Shown here piece after piece: positions 17,767 to 26,742 of a DNA stretch of 64,000 nucleotides (the stretch's first letter is position 1; the number at the start of each line of letters is the position of its first letter). Under the pieces are notes generated by a model. The model saw only the letters and a program-made list of their open reading frames with translations, was not told the origin of the DNA and did not search any database. The position numbers and the translations under genes are program-made. The stretch spans positions 128,001 to 192,000 of the forward strand of contig BTUM01000004.1 in the NCBI GenBank assembly GCA_045863235.1, given 5' to 3'. The DNA is from Candidatus Xenobia bacterium (GTDB taxonomy: Bacteria; Vulcanimicrobiota; Xenobia; Xenobiales; QWHO01).

Positions 17767-19160
17767 CCTCGCCGATCCTCCAGCACGAAATCGAGCAGCT
17801 CCTGGCCCCAGGGAGAGGCGACCTGAATCAGATCGGCTCTCACAGGCTCTCCCAGTCGCTGCATCCGCAAGAGATCCCCCTGGCCGCCCAGCCCCGGGAA
17901 GAAGCCGCAGTATCCGAACCCTCGCTCGCGCAAGAGGTCGATCACCGTGTCGGTGTGGGGGTCGGCCAGCTCCAGGTCGACGAGTTGCACGGGAGCCTGA
18001 ATCTCGTTGAGGCAGCGCCCCAGCTCGCGCGGGGTGTTGCGGCCCACCCGCTCGACGTGGAACAGAGCCCGGCGTGAGGCGGCCTGCAACCCCCAGGTCA
18101 GGGCTCCCTGGAGTGGAGGCCGGTTGGAGGCAGGCTCGTGCAGGCGACGCTGCAGGCCCAGCTTCTCCATGGTGCGGGTCAAAATGGCGGCGTAGCCTGG
18201 TGGAAGGTGCAGCCGGCTCTCCTTCTCGGGCGTCAGCGAGCGCACCGCGATCATCAGGCTGCTGGGCTCGGGATGGGTCTCCTCGGGCCCTACCGCCCCC
18301 AGCATCAGCGCGCTCTCGCAAAAGCCAAGATCGAGCACCACCTTCTGGGCGAAGAGGTGGCTGGTCACCGGATCGGCATAGAGCTTTCGCAACTGCCGCA
18401 GCCTGGCTTGCTCCACCAGGAAGCTGACCAGCTGGCGCAAGAGGCCCTGACCTCGGTAACGGGGCACCACCGCTCCCTGGCCCATTTCGTAGATGGGGCG
18501 ATCGTCGAGCATGCGGACCAGGGCGGTATGGCCCACCACCTCCCCCGAGTCGGTCACGGCCACGGCCGAGATCAAGCGGCCCTGGCGGTTCATCTCGCGC
18601 ACCCACTCGGGGCGGTAGACGTTCTCATAGCCGGTATAGCTGTAACCATAGGCCTGGTAGAGACAGCGCGAGACTCCCACCGCCTCTTCGGGCTGCACCA
18701 GCCGCACGGTGACCGGCTCGAGTGGCTCCTCGGAGACTTTCTCTTGCTTGCGCACCCGGCTGCTGAAGCGAGCCTTGAGTCGCTTCACCAGGACGATCTC
18801 GTTGCCCTGACGACCCCGGTTGATGAGCCGCACCTCGTCCATCAGGGCCCGCATGATGACCAGCCCCAGCGTGCGCGGATCGGGTCCCGGCTCGAGGCGC
18901 GAAAGCTCGTCCGAGTCCACCGGCAGATTGCGGTCGGTCAGGCGAATGCTGAGTCCATGCCCCCCCAGCTCGAACTTGATGGTGAAGGTCTGCTCGGGGT
19001 CGAGAGCGCGCTGCACCACGAAAGAGCATGCCTCGTCCACGGCCGCCCGGATGGCCTGGCTCTCGGCCGCGGCAAAGCCCGAGCGCTCGGCGAGCTCGGC
19101 TGCGAAGGCGGCTGCGGCGCCCACGTAGAGGGGATGGGAAGGAAGCTCGAGGCGGCTCAC
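17763..19160 (-). CDS. Anti-sigma-type HATPase_c domain fused to a GNAT acetyltransferase
   Basis: AAVDEAC...LGLVIMRALMDEV...GNEIVLVK, then YGYSY...GQGAVVPRYRGQGL (acetyl-CoA binding motif). Confidence 0.8.
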   Translation of the reverse strand: MSRLELPSHPLYVGAAAAFAAELAERSGFAAAESQAIRAAVDEACSFVVQRALDPEQTFTIKFELGGHGLSIRLTDRNLPVDSDELSRLEPGPDPRTLGLVIMRALMDEVRLINRGRQGNEIVLVKRLKARFSSRVRKQEKVSEEPLEPVTVRLVQPEEAVGVSRCLYQAYGYSYTGYENVYRPEWVREMNRQGRLISAVAVTDSGEVVGHTALVRMLDDRPIYEMGQGAVVPRYRGQGLLRQLVSFLVEQARLRQLRKLYADPVTSHLFAQKVVLDLGFCESALMLGAVGPEETHPEPSSLMIAVRSLTPEKESRLHLPPGYAAILTRTMEKLGLQRRLHEPASNRPPLQGALTWGLQAASRRALFHVERVGRNTPRELGRCLNEIQAPVQLVDLELADPHTDTVIDLLRERGFGYCGFFPGLGGQGDLLRMQRLGEPVRADLIQVASPWGQELLDFVLEDRRG

Positions 19161-20416
19161 AGGCTCTCGTCTCGCACCCGGCGCAGCTTGCCGCTGTGAG
19201 CCCGACGCTCGAGCCGATCCACGCGCTCCACCCGGACCGGGTGGGTATAGCCCTGGCGCACGTGCTCGGCCAGGTTGGGCTTGCGCTGCAAGAGCAAGGC
19301 CACCACCTGCTCTTCGCTCACGGGCTGCTCCACCTGGATCAAGAGCAGATCCCGGCCCTCAGGGCGGCGCTTGATCATCGTGAAGCTGGCCACACCTCCC
19401 AGGGCCATCCGCACGTCTTCCCAGGTCACATTCTCGTAGCCGATGCGCAGCACGTCGTCGCCCCGCCCGAGCAGCTCGAATCGAGGCGAGGCCCGACCGC
19501 AGGGGCAGTCCCCGGCCACCCAGCGTCCCAGATCGCCTACCCGGTATCGAATGACCGGCATCAGCAACCGCTCGAGGTTGGTGACCACCAGGTGCCCGGT
19601 CACTCCCGGCTCGCGAATGGGCCGGTCCTCCTCGTCCACCAGCTCCACGATCACCACCCCACCCAGCGCGTGGTGCACCCCCCCCTGGCACGAGGGGCAC
19701 TGATAGCCGATCATCCCCACGTCCACGGCTCCGTAGCCGGCCGTGGCCACCACCTCCAGGCCCAGCCCATCCACCAGCTTCCGGCGATCTTCCGGGAAGA
19801 GGTGCTCGGCGGCATAAAAGAGCTTGTTGACGCGGGTTCGGCCGCTGGCCATCAAGGCCTCTCCCAGGGCCACCATCTGGGTGGCCAGGCCCATCACCAC
19901 GTTGATGGAGAAGGGCTCGAGGCAGGCCAGCACCTGCTCACGGGGGGCGTGAAAGGTGAAGGGGAACGAGGTCGCTCCCACCTCCTCCAGACCGCGATGG
20001 ATGGTCAAGAAACTGGCGTAGAGCTCGCCCACGGCGAACATGTTGGCGCAGCGGTCCTGGGGACGAAGCCCCGGAGCCCACAGCGTGCGGCCGGTACTGC
20101 GCGACAAACGCCGATAGTCGGCGTGGCTGTAAAGGCTGTACTTCGGTTTGCCGGTGGTGCCCCCGCTCTGGAAGACAACCGCGCGCTCCAGGGGACCGGT
20201 CAGCAGGGCTCGAGAGCGGGGCGGGCCGTGCTCCACCAGGTCCTGGCGGGTGAGGAAGGGCAGCTCCTCCAGGCGACCACTGAGGCGCTCGCGAAAGAAG
20301 CTCGCCCGCCGGGCTCGCTGCAAGAGCTGCCGAAGTCGCGCGGACTCCAGTGCCCCGAGCTGGTCAGCCGAAAGGCCATCCAGCTGATCGAAAGGATGCT
20401 CGACCCGGGAAGACAT
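19157..20416 (-). CDS. Phenylacetate-CoA ligase (PaaK)-family adenylate-forming enzyme
   Basis: QSGGTTGKPK P-loop, GYGAVD, PVIRYRVGD, LLGRGDD; start could be 20416, 20428 or 20434. Confidence 0.85.
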   Translation of the reverse strand: MSSRVEHPFDQLDGLSADQLGALESARLRQLLQRARRASFFRERLSGRLEELPFLTRQDLVEHGPPRSRALLTGPLERAVVFQSGGTTGKPKYSLYSHADYRRLSRSTGRTLWAPGLRPQDRCANMFAVGELYASFLTIHRGLEEVGATSFPFTFHAPREQVLACLEPFSINVVMGLATQMVALGEALMASGRTRVNKLFYAAEHLFPEDRRKLVDGLGLEVVATAGYGAVDVGMIGYQCPSCQGGVHHALGGVVIVELVDEEDRPIREPGVTGHLVVTNLERLLMPVIRYRVGDLGRWVAGDCPCGRASPRFELLGRGDDVLRIGYENVTWEDVRMALGGVASFTMIKRRPEGRDLLLIQVEQPVSEEQVVALLLQRKPNLAEHVRQGYTHPVRVERVDRLERRAHSGKLRRVRDESL

Positions 20417-20538
20417 AGCCCGTAGCATACTCACATTCGGCCCTCTGGTCTATGATCGAGGACAGGGAGGGCCATGCAAAGATCTTGCTAAACTGCGCCG
20501 AGTACCTTTGGGGCATCCACTTCGCTCTGGAGGACCCC

Positions 20539-21558
20539 ATGCAGATCCCGCCCATCGAAACCCGGTGCAACCCGCTGGTCTGTTTCTTGCCCGCTCCGAT
20601 CCTGGGGCAGCCGTCCTCTGGAACCATTGCGGGGGACTTGAACGTGCTCAGCCCCGACGTCCTCCAGATGGGCAGCTTCCTCAACGCTCCCGGTGCCCTC
20701 CAGCCCGAGCCCCAGATGGGCGGTTTCCTCAACGCCCTGGCGGCCAACTATGCCCCTCCCCAGGCGCAGGTCATGGCCCTGATACAGGGATTGCTGGCCC
20801 TGTGCCAGCTCCTGGCTGGCTGGCAGGGCTTTGCCGGCGGAGCAACCCCGCCCGGGATCCTCCCATGGCCAACCGGAATGGGCAACGCATGGCCAACCGG
20901 GACGGCCAATGGCAACGTCAGCGCTGGGATCGTGCCGGTGCTTCCCTACGACGGACAGCCCACCGGCGGCGGCATGGACCCCGAGCGCATCCATATGACC
21001 CAGGTCTTCGACCGCAAATACAATCGTGGGGGCGCTCCTCGCAGCGCCGACTGCGGCCCGACCTCGCTGGCCATGGGGCTGGAAGCTCTGGGCTTGAATC
21101 CGCGCGGTTCGGTGCAAGACAAGATCGATGCTGCACGCCTGGCAATGTTTCGCGGGGCGGACGCCTCCAGGGACGGATTCGACGTGGCCGGCAACAAGAG
21201 CCAGGCTGAGCACGGAACCTCCACCAACATCAGCGACTGGCGCCGAGGCGCACGCGCCGCCGGAGCCCGCAGCCGGGACGTGCGCAGCGTGGCCGACGTG
21301 GCCCGCGAGGTAAGTCAGGGGCACCCGGTCATGCTGGCCGGTCGCAACGCGGGTAACATTTATGGCCGCGGACACGGGATCTCCTTCAACGGGGGCCACG
21401 CCATCCTGGTATCCGGCTACGACCGGGCCAGCGGCACGTTCATCCTCAACGATCCGCTCGCCCACGGGGGGCCCATCCGCGTCAATCGGGCCCAGCTGGC
21501 AGCTTTCCTCTGGGATGGTGACGGGGGAGGCGTGGACGGGATTGCCCTGATGCGCTGA
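20539..21558 (+). CDS. C39-like cysteine peptidase domain protein
   Basis: HMTQ...DCGPTSLAM...GHAILVSGYD...LNDP; RBS GGAGGA 20529-20534; low-complexity N-terminus. Confidence 0.75.
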   Translation: MQIPPIETRCNPLVCFLPAPILGQPSSGTIAGDLNVLSPDVLQMGSFLNAPGALQPEPQMGGFLNALAANYAPPQAQVMALIQGLLALCQLLAGWQGFAGGATPPGILPWPTGMGNAWPTGTANGNVSAGIVPVLPYDGQPTGGGMDPERIHMTQVFDRKYNRGGAPRSADCGPTSLAMGLEALGLNPRGSVQDKIDAARLAMFRGADASRDGFDVAGNKSQAEHGTSTNISDWRRGARAAGARSRDVRSVADVAREVSQGHPVMLAGRNAGNIYGRGHGISFNGGHAILVSGYDRASGTFILNDPLAHGGPIRVNRAQLAAFLWDGDGGGVDGIALMR

Positions 21559-21655
21559 ACCTGGCCTCCTGGCAATCTGATGTTCGTTTCCGGGGAGCAC
21601 GTTTTTCCGGCGGAAACGAAAACCTGCCGAACAAAGAAGAGAAAAGCCCACCAGG

Positions 21656-21699
21656 GCGTTCTGTGAAAACTTTCACGGAGGCGAAACTCCTGCCGAACA
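21656..21699. repeat. Dispersed intergenic hairpin repeat, copy 2
   Basis: GCGTTCTGTGAAAACTTTCACGGAGGCGAAACTCCTGCCGAACA; near-identical to 8072-8114. Confidence 0.85.
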
Positions 21700-21742
21700 C
21701 AAGGGGGCAGGAGTGTGCGTTCATGCCCGCGCAACCACCCGG

Positions 21743-22984
21743 ATGAAAAACTTCCTCTTGACCTGCTCGATGCTGCTCGCGATGGGATGCAGCGGTTCCG
21801 AAACCCTGACCGGCGGCCCGCCCGTAGTGGACAACCTGCCGCCCCAGGCCCTCCTCCCGCCGGCCGCCCCGCTCACCCTGGAGAGCAGGCCCAACCTGGG
21901 CCGCATGCCGGTTATCGCGGAGCTGGGGGAGATTCCACCCGCTCCCTTGCCTCCCAATGCTCCACCGCCGGCGGGAGCCACCTTCACCCCGCTGGGCACT
22001 CTCCGTGGAGGCGATTCCGAGGCCTACGCCATCTCGGCCGATGGCTCAACGCTGACGGGGGCGTCCATCGACCCGGCCGGAAATCGGGACGCGTTCGTCT
22101 GGACCAGGGCTTCCGGGATGCAGGCGCTGCCGAACTCGCCGCGCAAGCCACAGAGCGAAGGCCACGCACTCAACAGCAATGGCAGCAAGGTCGGTGGCCT
22201 GGGAATCCTGTTCGACATCCTGGCGGCTCAGACATGGACCGACCAGGGCGTCTTCACGCTGCCGGGGTCGGTAGCACCCAACCTGCCGCCCCAGGTCGTT
22301 TCCGACCTCTCGCTCGACGGCACCGTGGCCGTGGGAACCGCGGGTACGGGCTTCCTCGGCTATCAAGGCTTTCGCTGGATCCAGGGGGCCCCGCAGCCGC
22401 ACGGTCTGGGCACGCTGGGAGCCCCTCCCGGACAGCAGCCCGGCAGCGAGGGACACGGGAGTTCGGGCGACGGCTCCGTGATCACCGGCATTAGCACCAA
22501 CAAAGCCGGCGGGCTTTCGGCCTACCGCTGGGTGGCGGGCACCATGTCGGCGCTTCCGACGCTCGGAAACCTCGCCTTTAGCGATGGCTGGGAGGTGTCC
22601 GCTGACGGCAGCAGTATCGTGGGCTGGAGCTCCAATCAGCCCAATCTCGTCCCCGCCCAGGCCACGCTCTGGAATGCCAGCGGGGCGGTCTCGCTGGGCA
22701 CGCTCGCCGGCTTTGAGTTCAGCTCACAGGCCTACGGGGCCTCCTCCGATGGCTCGGTCGTCGTGGGCGCGGCCGCCAGTGGTCAGAATTTCCACTCCCA
22801 GGCCGCTTTCGTGTGGGACCAGGCCAACGGCATGCGGCGCCTGCAGGACCTGCTCGGCTCGGCGGTGCCCGCCGGGTGGAACTTGCTCGTCGCCACCGCC
22901 GTCTCAGACGACGGCCAGACTGTGGCCGGCTTCGGGCTCAACCCGCAGGGCGCGGTGGAGGCCTTCAGCGCTCAGTTGCCCTGA
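21743..22984 (+). CDS. Lipoprotein with HAF-type extracellular repeats
   Basis: Lipobox LAMGC; repeated LGTL..S.A...SADGS.VVG...AF.W units. Confidence 0.8.
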   Translation: MKNFLLTCSMLLAMGCSGSETLTGGPPVVDNLPPQALLPPAAPLTLESRPNLGRMPVIAELGEIPPAPLPPNAPPPAGATFTPLGTLRGGDSEAYAISADGSTLTGASIDPAGNRDAFVWTRASGMQALPNSPRKPQSEGHALNSNGSKVGGLGILFDILAAQTWTDQGVFTLPGSVAPNLPPQVVSDLSLDGTVAVGTAGTGFLGYQGFRWIQGAPQPHGLGTLGAPPGQQPGSEGHGSSGDGSVITGISTNKAGGLSAYRWVAGTMSALPTLGNLAFSDGWEVSADGSSIVGWSSNQPNLVPAQATLWNASGAVSLGTLAGFEFSSQAYGASSDGSVVVGAAASGQNFHSQAAFVWDQANGMRRLQDLLGSAVPAGWNLLVATAVSDDGQTVAGFGLNPQGAVEAFSAQLP

Positions 22985-22992
22985 GCACTCGG

Positions 22993-23412
22993 TCAGGCGG
23001 TCAGGAAGCGATAGGCCTTCAGATAGCGGCGCAGGCGCTCGACCGCCCTGTCGTCCAGCTCTTGCAGGCGGGTGAGGTCCATGTTGTCAAGCAGGTCAGC
23101 CAGCTTGACAGCCCGGGCTACCGGGTGGGCGGCGCAGCGGGCCACGAACTCCTCGTAGCTGTCGCTCTCGCGCCGGGTGACCAGTTCCACCGCCTCCAAC
23201 ACCGGGGTCGGAAAGCCCTCCTCGCGCAAACGCTCGAGAGTCCACTCCGAGTCCTCCACCACGTCGTGCAGGAGGGCGGCCATGCGCTCGTGCTCCGAGC
23301 GCACCCTGCCCATCACCCGGATGGGATGCAGCGCATAGGGCTGGCCGGTCTTGTCTTGTTGGGAGGCGTGGGCCTCGAGCATGATCTCCAGAGCACGTTG
23401 CACGGTAGCCAC
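22993..23412 (-). CDS. Stand-alone HD-domain protein (SpoT/Mesh1-like small alarmone hydrolase family)
   Basis: AHASQQDKTGQPYALHP, AALLHDVVED, VKLADLLDN; GTG start inferred. Confidence 0.8.
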   Translation of the reverse strand: MATVQRALEIMLEAHASQQDKTGQPYALHPIRVMGRVRSEHERMAALLHDVVEDSEWTLERLREEGFPTPVLEAVELVTRRESDSYEEFVARCAAHPVARAVKLADLLDNMDLTRLQELDDRAVERLRRYLKAYRFLTA

Positions 23413-23444
23413 AGGGCCCGCTTCGGCGCATAGCGAACTTTGCC

Positions 23445-23657
23445 TTGTGCGGGGGGTGCTCACTGATCGTGCTGATTCTGGTGGCCGGAATGTGGACCCT
23501 CCTTGCGCCGGGCCTTCCCCTCCAGGTCGCCTGGACTTCGGCCGGCACCCACAGCGCCATCCTCTACTCGCTCGAGCCGACTCTGAATCCAGGCTGGCTC
23601 GGCGAGGGCGTGCTCAACGAGATTCTGATGCAGAAGAAGATCCCGCTTGCTCCCTGA
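23445..23657 (+). CDS. Possible small membrane protein
   Basis: 70-aa ORF with hydrophobic N-terminus filling an intergenic gap; no recognisable motif. Confidence 0.3.
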   Translation: MCGGCSLIVLILVAGMWTLLAPGLPLQVAWTSAGTHSAILYSLEPTLNPGWLGEGVLNEILMQKKIPLAP

Positions 23658-23768
23658 GCCAGGATCCCCACTCCCCACAGCAGGTCCCTGCGCGTTCCCT
23701 TTCATTCGCCGACCCGGAGAGGGAATCCCCATCCCGATGCCCAAAGAACCGGCCGGAGGACGCACGCC

Positions 23769-24833
23769 ATGCCCTGGAAGACCGAACTTTACGCCGACCA
23801 TGAAGCCCTCGGGGCCAAGCTGGCCCCTTTCGCCGGGGTGCTGCTGCCCAGCCGCTACAAGAGCAACCGGCGCGAGTATCGCTCGGCCCGCACCACCTGC
23901 GCGGTGGCCGACTGGGGCCACCACGCCCTCTTGCGCATGAGCGGGCCGGACAGCCGCGACTTTCTCAACCGTCTGCTCTCCAACGTGGTGCCTCCCCCGG
24001 GACAGGGCTGCCACACCTTCCTGCTCAACATCCAGGGCCGGCCCCTGGTGGAAGCCTGGCTCTACGCCACCCCCGACGAAGTCTGGCTGGAGGTTCCCCG
24101 GTCCCAGGCCCGCATCGCCGTGGAGCAGTTCAACCATTACCACTTCACCGAGAACCTCAAGCTCGAGGAGGCCCAGCTCACCGGCATCATCATGGTGGGC
24201 CCTCGGGCCGAGAAGGTGCTGGAGGCGGTCAGCCAGGGGGACCGTCCCGATCGGCCCTACCAGGCCACCAGGCTGAAGGTGACCCGGCTGGCCGGGGGCG
24301 GCCAGGTCGAGGTGCTGTGCACCCGCACGCCTTACCTGGGCGTGGAGGCTCTGGTCCTCTGGGTGCCCAACGAACAGGCCTCGCGCGTCTGGCAGCGGCT
24401 GCTGCACACCTCGCTCAAGCCTTCCCCGGCCGGAACCGACGCCCTGGAAATGCTGCGCATCGAGGCCGGCACCCCTCGCTTCGAGGCCGACTACGACGAG
24501 AACACGCTCTTTCTGGAGATGGCTCCGCCCGACTCTTACTCCGAGACCAAGGGCTGCTATATCGGGCAGGAGGTGGTGGCCCGGGTGCTCCACCAGGGGC
24601 ACGTCAACCGGCGTTTGGTAGGAGTTTCGATTGAAGGTCTGAAACGCATTCAAGGCAAGCTGTTCGCGGACGGCAAGGAAGTGGGGCGGATCACCTCCGG
24701 CCTCATTTCGCCCGACTATGGCCCTATCGCGCTGGCCTACATCCGGCGCGAGAACTGGCACGCCGGCACCGAGCTGGTGACGGAGAAAGGCACGCCCGCG
24801 CGGGTGCACGAACTACCATTTAGAAAAGGGTGA
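23769..24833 (+). CDS. Folate-binding GcvT/YgfZ-family protein
   Basis: GcvT-like N-terminus, LRIEAG, KGCYIGQE (YgfZ signature), GRITSG. Confidence 0.85.
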   Translation: MPWKTELYADHEALGAKLAPFAGVLLPSRYKSNRREYRSARTTCAVADWGHHALLRMSGPDSRDFLNRLLSNVVPPPGQGCHTFLLNIQGRPLVEAWLYATPDEVWLEVPRSQARIAVEQFNHYHFTENLKLEEAQLTGIIMVGPRAEKVLEAVSQGDRPDRPYQATRLKVTRLAGGGQVEVLCTRTPYLGVEALVLWVPNEQASRVWQRLLHTSLKPSPAGTDALEMLRIEAGTPRFEADYDENTLFLEMAPPDSYSETKGCYIGQEVVARVLHQGHVNRRLVGVSIEGLKRIQGKLFADGKEVGRITSGLISPDYGPIALAYIRRENWHAGTELVTEKGTPARVHELPFRKG

Positions 24834-24839
24834 TCGCGC

Positions 24840-25631
24840 GTGGAACAGTACCTCGAGCTGCTACAGAAAGTGCTCTCCGAGGGCGTGCAGAAAGAAGACC
24901 GGACCGGAACCGGCACCAGGAGCCTGTTTGGCTACCAGATGCGCTTCGACCTGAGCCAGGGCTTCCCGGCCGTGACCACCAAGAAACTGCACCTGAAATC
25001 GATCATTTATGAGCTGCTCTGGTTCTTGCAGGGGGCCACCAACGTGCGCTACCTGCAAGAGCACGGGGTGACCATCTGGGACGAGTGGGCCGATCCCGAG
25101 GGAGAGCTCGGCCCGGTCTACGGCAAGCAGTGGCGCTCCTGGCCCGGTCCGGATGGACGCACCCACGACCAGATTGCCACCGTCGTGGAGGAGATCAAGC
25201 GCAATCCCGACTCACGCCGCCTGGTGGTGAGCGCCTGGAACGTGGGCTGCCTGGAGGATATGGCCCTGGCCCCCTGCCACGCGCTGTTTCAGTTCTACGT
25301 GGCCCGGGGCAGGCTCTCGTGTCAGCTCTACCAGCGCAGCGCGGACGTCTTTCTGGGGGTTCCCTTCAACATCGCCTCCTACGCGCTGCTCACCATGATG
25401 GTGGCCCAGGTCACCGGGCTGAAGCCGGGCGACTTCGTGCACACGCTCGGCGATGCCCACCTCTACCTCAACCACCTCGAGCAGGCCCGCGAGCAGCTGA
25501 CCCGCAAGCCGTTCCCGCTGCCTCGCATGGAGATCAAGAGCCGCCAGGACCTGAGGGACTTTGTCTACGAGGACTTCACCCTGCACGACTACCAACACCA
25601 TCCGGCCATCCGGGCCCCCATCGCGGTGTAG
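24840..25631 (+). CDS. thyA: Thymidylate synthase
   Basis: [43 protein letters not shown]. Confidence 0.97.
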   Translation: MEQYLELLQKVLSEGVQKEDRTGTGTRSLFGYQMRFDLSQGFPAVTTKKLHLKSIIYELLWFLQGATNVRYLQEHGVTIWDEWADPEGELGPVYGKQWRSWPGPDGRTHDQIATVVEEIKRNPDSRRLVVSAWNVGCLEDMALAPCHALFQFYVARGRLSCQLYQRSADVFLGVPFNIASYALLTMMVAQVTGLKPGDFVHTLGDAHLYLNHLEQAREQLTRKPFPLPRMEIKSRQDLRDFVYEDFTLHDYQHHPAIRAPIAV

Positions 25632-25632
25632 C

Positions 25633-26100
25633 ATGATCGTCACCGTAGCCGCCATGGGACGTGACCGGGTCATCGGCCAGGACGGTCACCTGCCCTGGAA
25701 GATGCCCGCCGACCTGCGCCATTTCCGCGAGGTAACCCGGGGCAAGACCGTGGTCATGGGGCGCAAGACCTACGAATCCATCGGACGTCCTCTCCCCGAT
25801 CGCACCAACCTGGTGCTCTCACGGGCGCGCGACTTCACGATCCCGGGCTGCCAGGTGGTCAGCTTGGAGGAGGCCCTGGAATACCCCGAGCTCTATGTCC
25901 TGGGTGGGGAAGAGATCTATCGGCTGTTCTTGCCCCGCGCCCAGCGCCAAATCTTGACCGAGATCCACGGCGACTTCATGGGCGACACCTACTATCCCGA
26001 CTTCTCACGGCATGAGTGGAAGGAAGTCGAGCGCGTCGACCATCCGGCCGACGCAGAGAACCCGCACCCCTATAGTTTCGTCACCTGGGAGCGTGTCTAG
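25633..26100 (+). CDS. folA: Dihydrofolate reductase
   Basis: VIG..GHLPW..PADLRHF, VMGRKTYESIGRPLPDR, GGEEIY, GDTYYP. Confidence 0.95.
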   Translation: MIVTVAAMGRDRVIGQDGHLPWKMPADLRHFREVTRGKTVVMGRKTYESIGRPLPDRTNLVLSRARDFTIPGCQVVSLEEALEYPELYVLGGEEIYRLFLPRAQRQILTEIHGDFMGDTYYPDFSRHEWKEVERVDHPADAENPHPYSFVTWERV

Positions 26101-26732
26101 CGACCGCCGACCGGCTCGCGAGTGCGGGGCTGCACGCGAATGTCGGTGATGGCCAGGCTCTCCACGTTCACACTGGCCGCCTTCATGGCCGGGTGGGCGA
26201 AGCTCAGGATTTGCTGGGCCAGGCATCCGCGGTCGCGGTTGAGCGACTCCAGGTCAACCCTGGGCAGATTGATGAAACCTTCGTGCAGCACCAGGGTGGC
26301 CCGCTGGCGCAAGGCCTCGGGAGTGGCATCGAGCCAGGAGCGGCCGCCCACTCGGGCCACCGCGTCCACGGTCACCACGAATCCCTCCACGGTGCGCATC
26401 TCGGGGGACATGACCTCGAGCCAGAACCCGTCCGGATCGCGGGGGGCGGCCTCGAGCTGAATGACCCGCAGGGTCATCTCCACGAGCTCCACCCCTCGAC
26501 GCTTGAGGTCGCGCTCGAGCTGCGCTCGAAGCTGCCCGCGAATGGTTTGCAGCGACTCCACTACCTGCGCCTCGCTCTTGCGAGCCACCTCCACTTGGAG
26601 ATAGTGCTCGAGCAACTCGCGCACCATGGGCCCGAGCAGAGCCCGGGAAACCCGACGGTCGAGCATTCGGACCTGGGCCACCGCCTGAAAGGCGAGGAAA
26701 GACCCATCCTCGGTGAGGATTTCGAGGATCAC
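26097..26732 (-). CDS. Hypothetical protein with two SPFH/band-7-like segments
   Basis: EILTEDGSFLAFQAVAQVR and EMRTVEGFVVTVDAVARV repeats, GVELVEMTL / VNVESLAITDI; RBS AGGAGG before GTG. Confidence 0.55.
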   Translation of the reverse strand: MILEILTEDGSFLAFQAVAQVRMLDRRVSRALLGPMVRELLEHYLQVEVARKSEAQVVESLQTIRGQLRAQLERDLKRRGVELVEMTLRVIQLEAAPRDPDGFWLEVMSPEMRTVEGFVVTVDAVARVGGRSWLDATPEALRQRATLVLHEGFINLPRVDLESLNRDRGCLAQQILSFAHPAMKAASVNVESLAITDIRVQPRTREPVGGR

Positions 26733-26742
26733 GCGGACCTCC

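Noticed and set aside
21662..21677. CRP site TGTGA-N6-TCACG
   Set aside because: The other repeat copy has N5 spacing, so it is better explained as a hairpin stem.
8072..21699. CRISPR array or c-di-GMP riboswitch reading of the repeat
   Set aside because: Copies are kilobases apart with no spacers or cas genes. The GEMM core (GGCAAAC, GNRA loop/receptor) is not convincingly present.
23658..23768. Riboswitch (glycine/THF/ZTP) upstream of the folate operon
   Set aside because: Only a weak hairpin; none of the conserved cores is recognisable.
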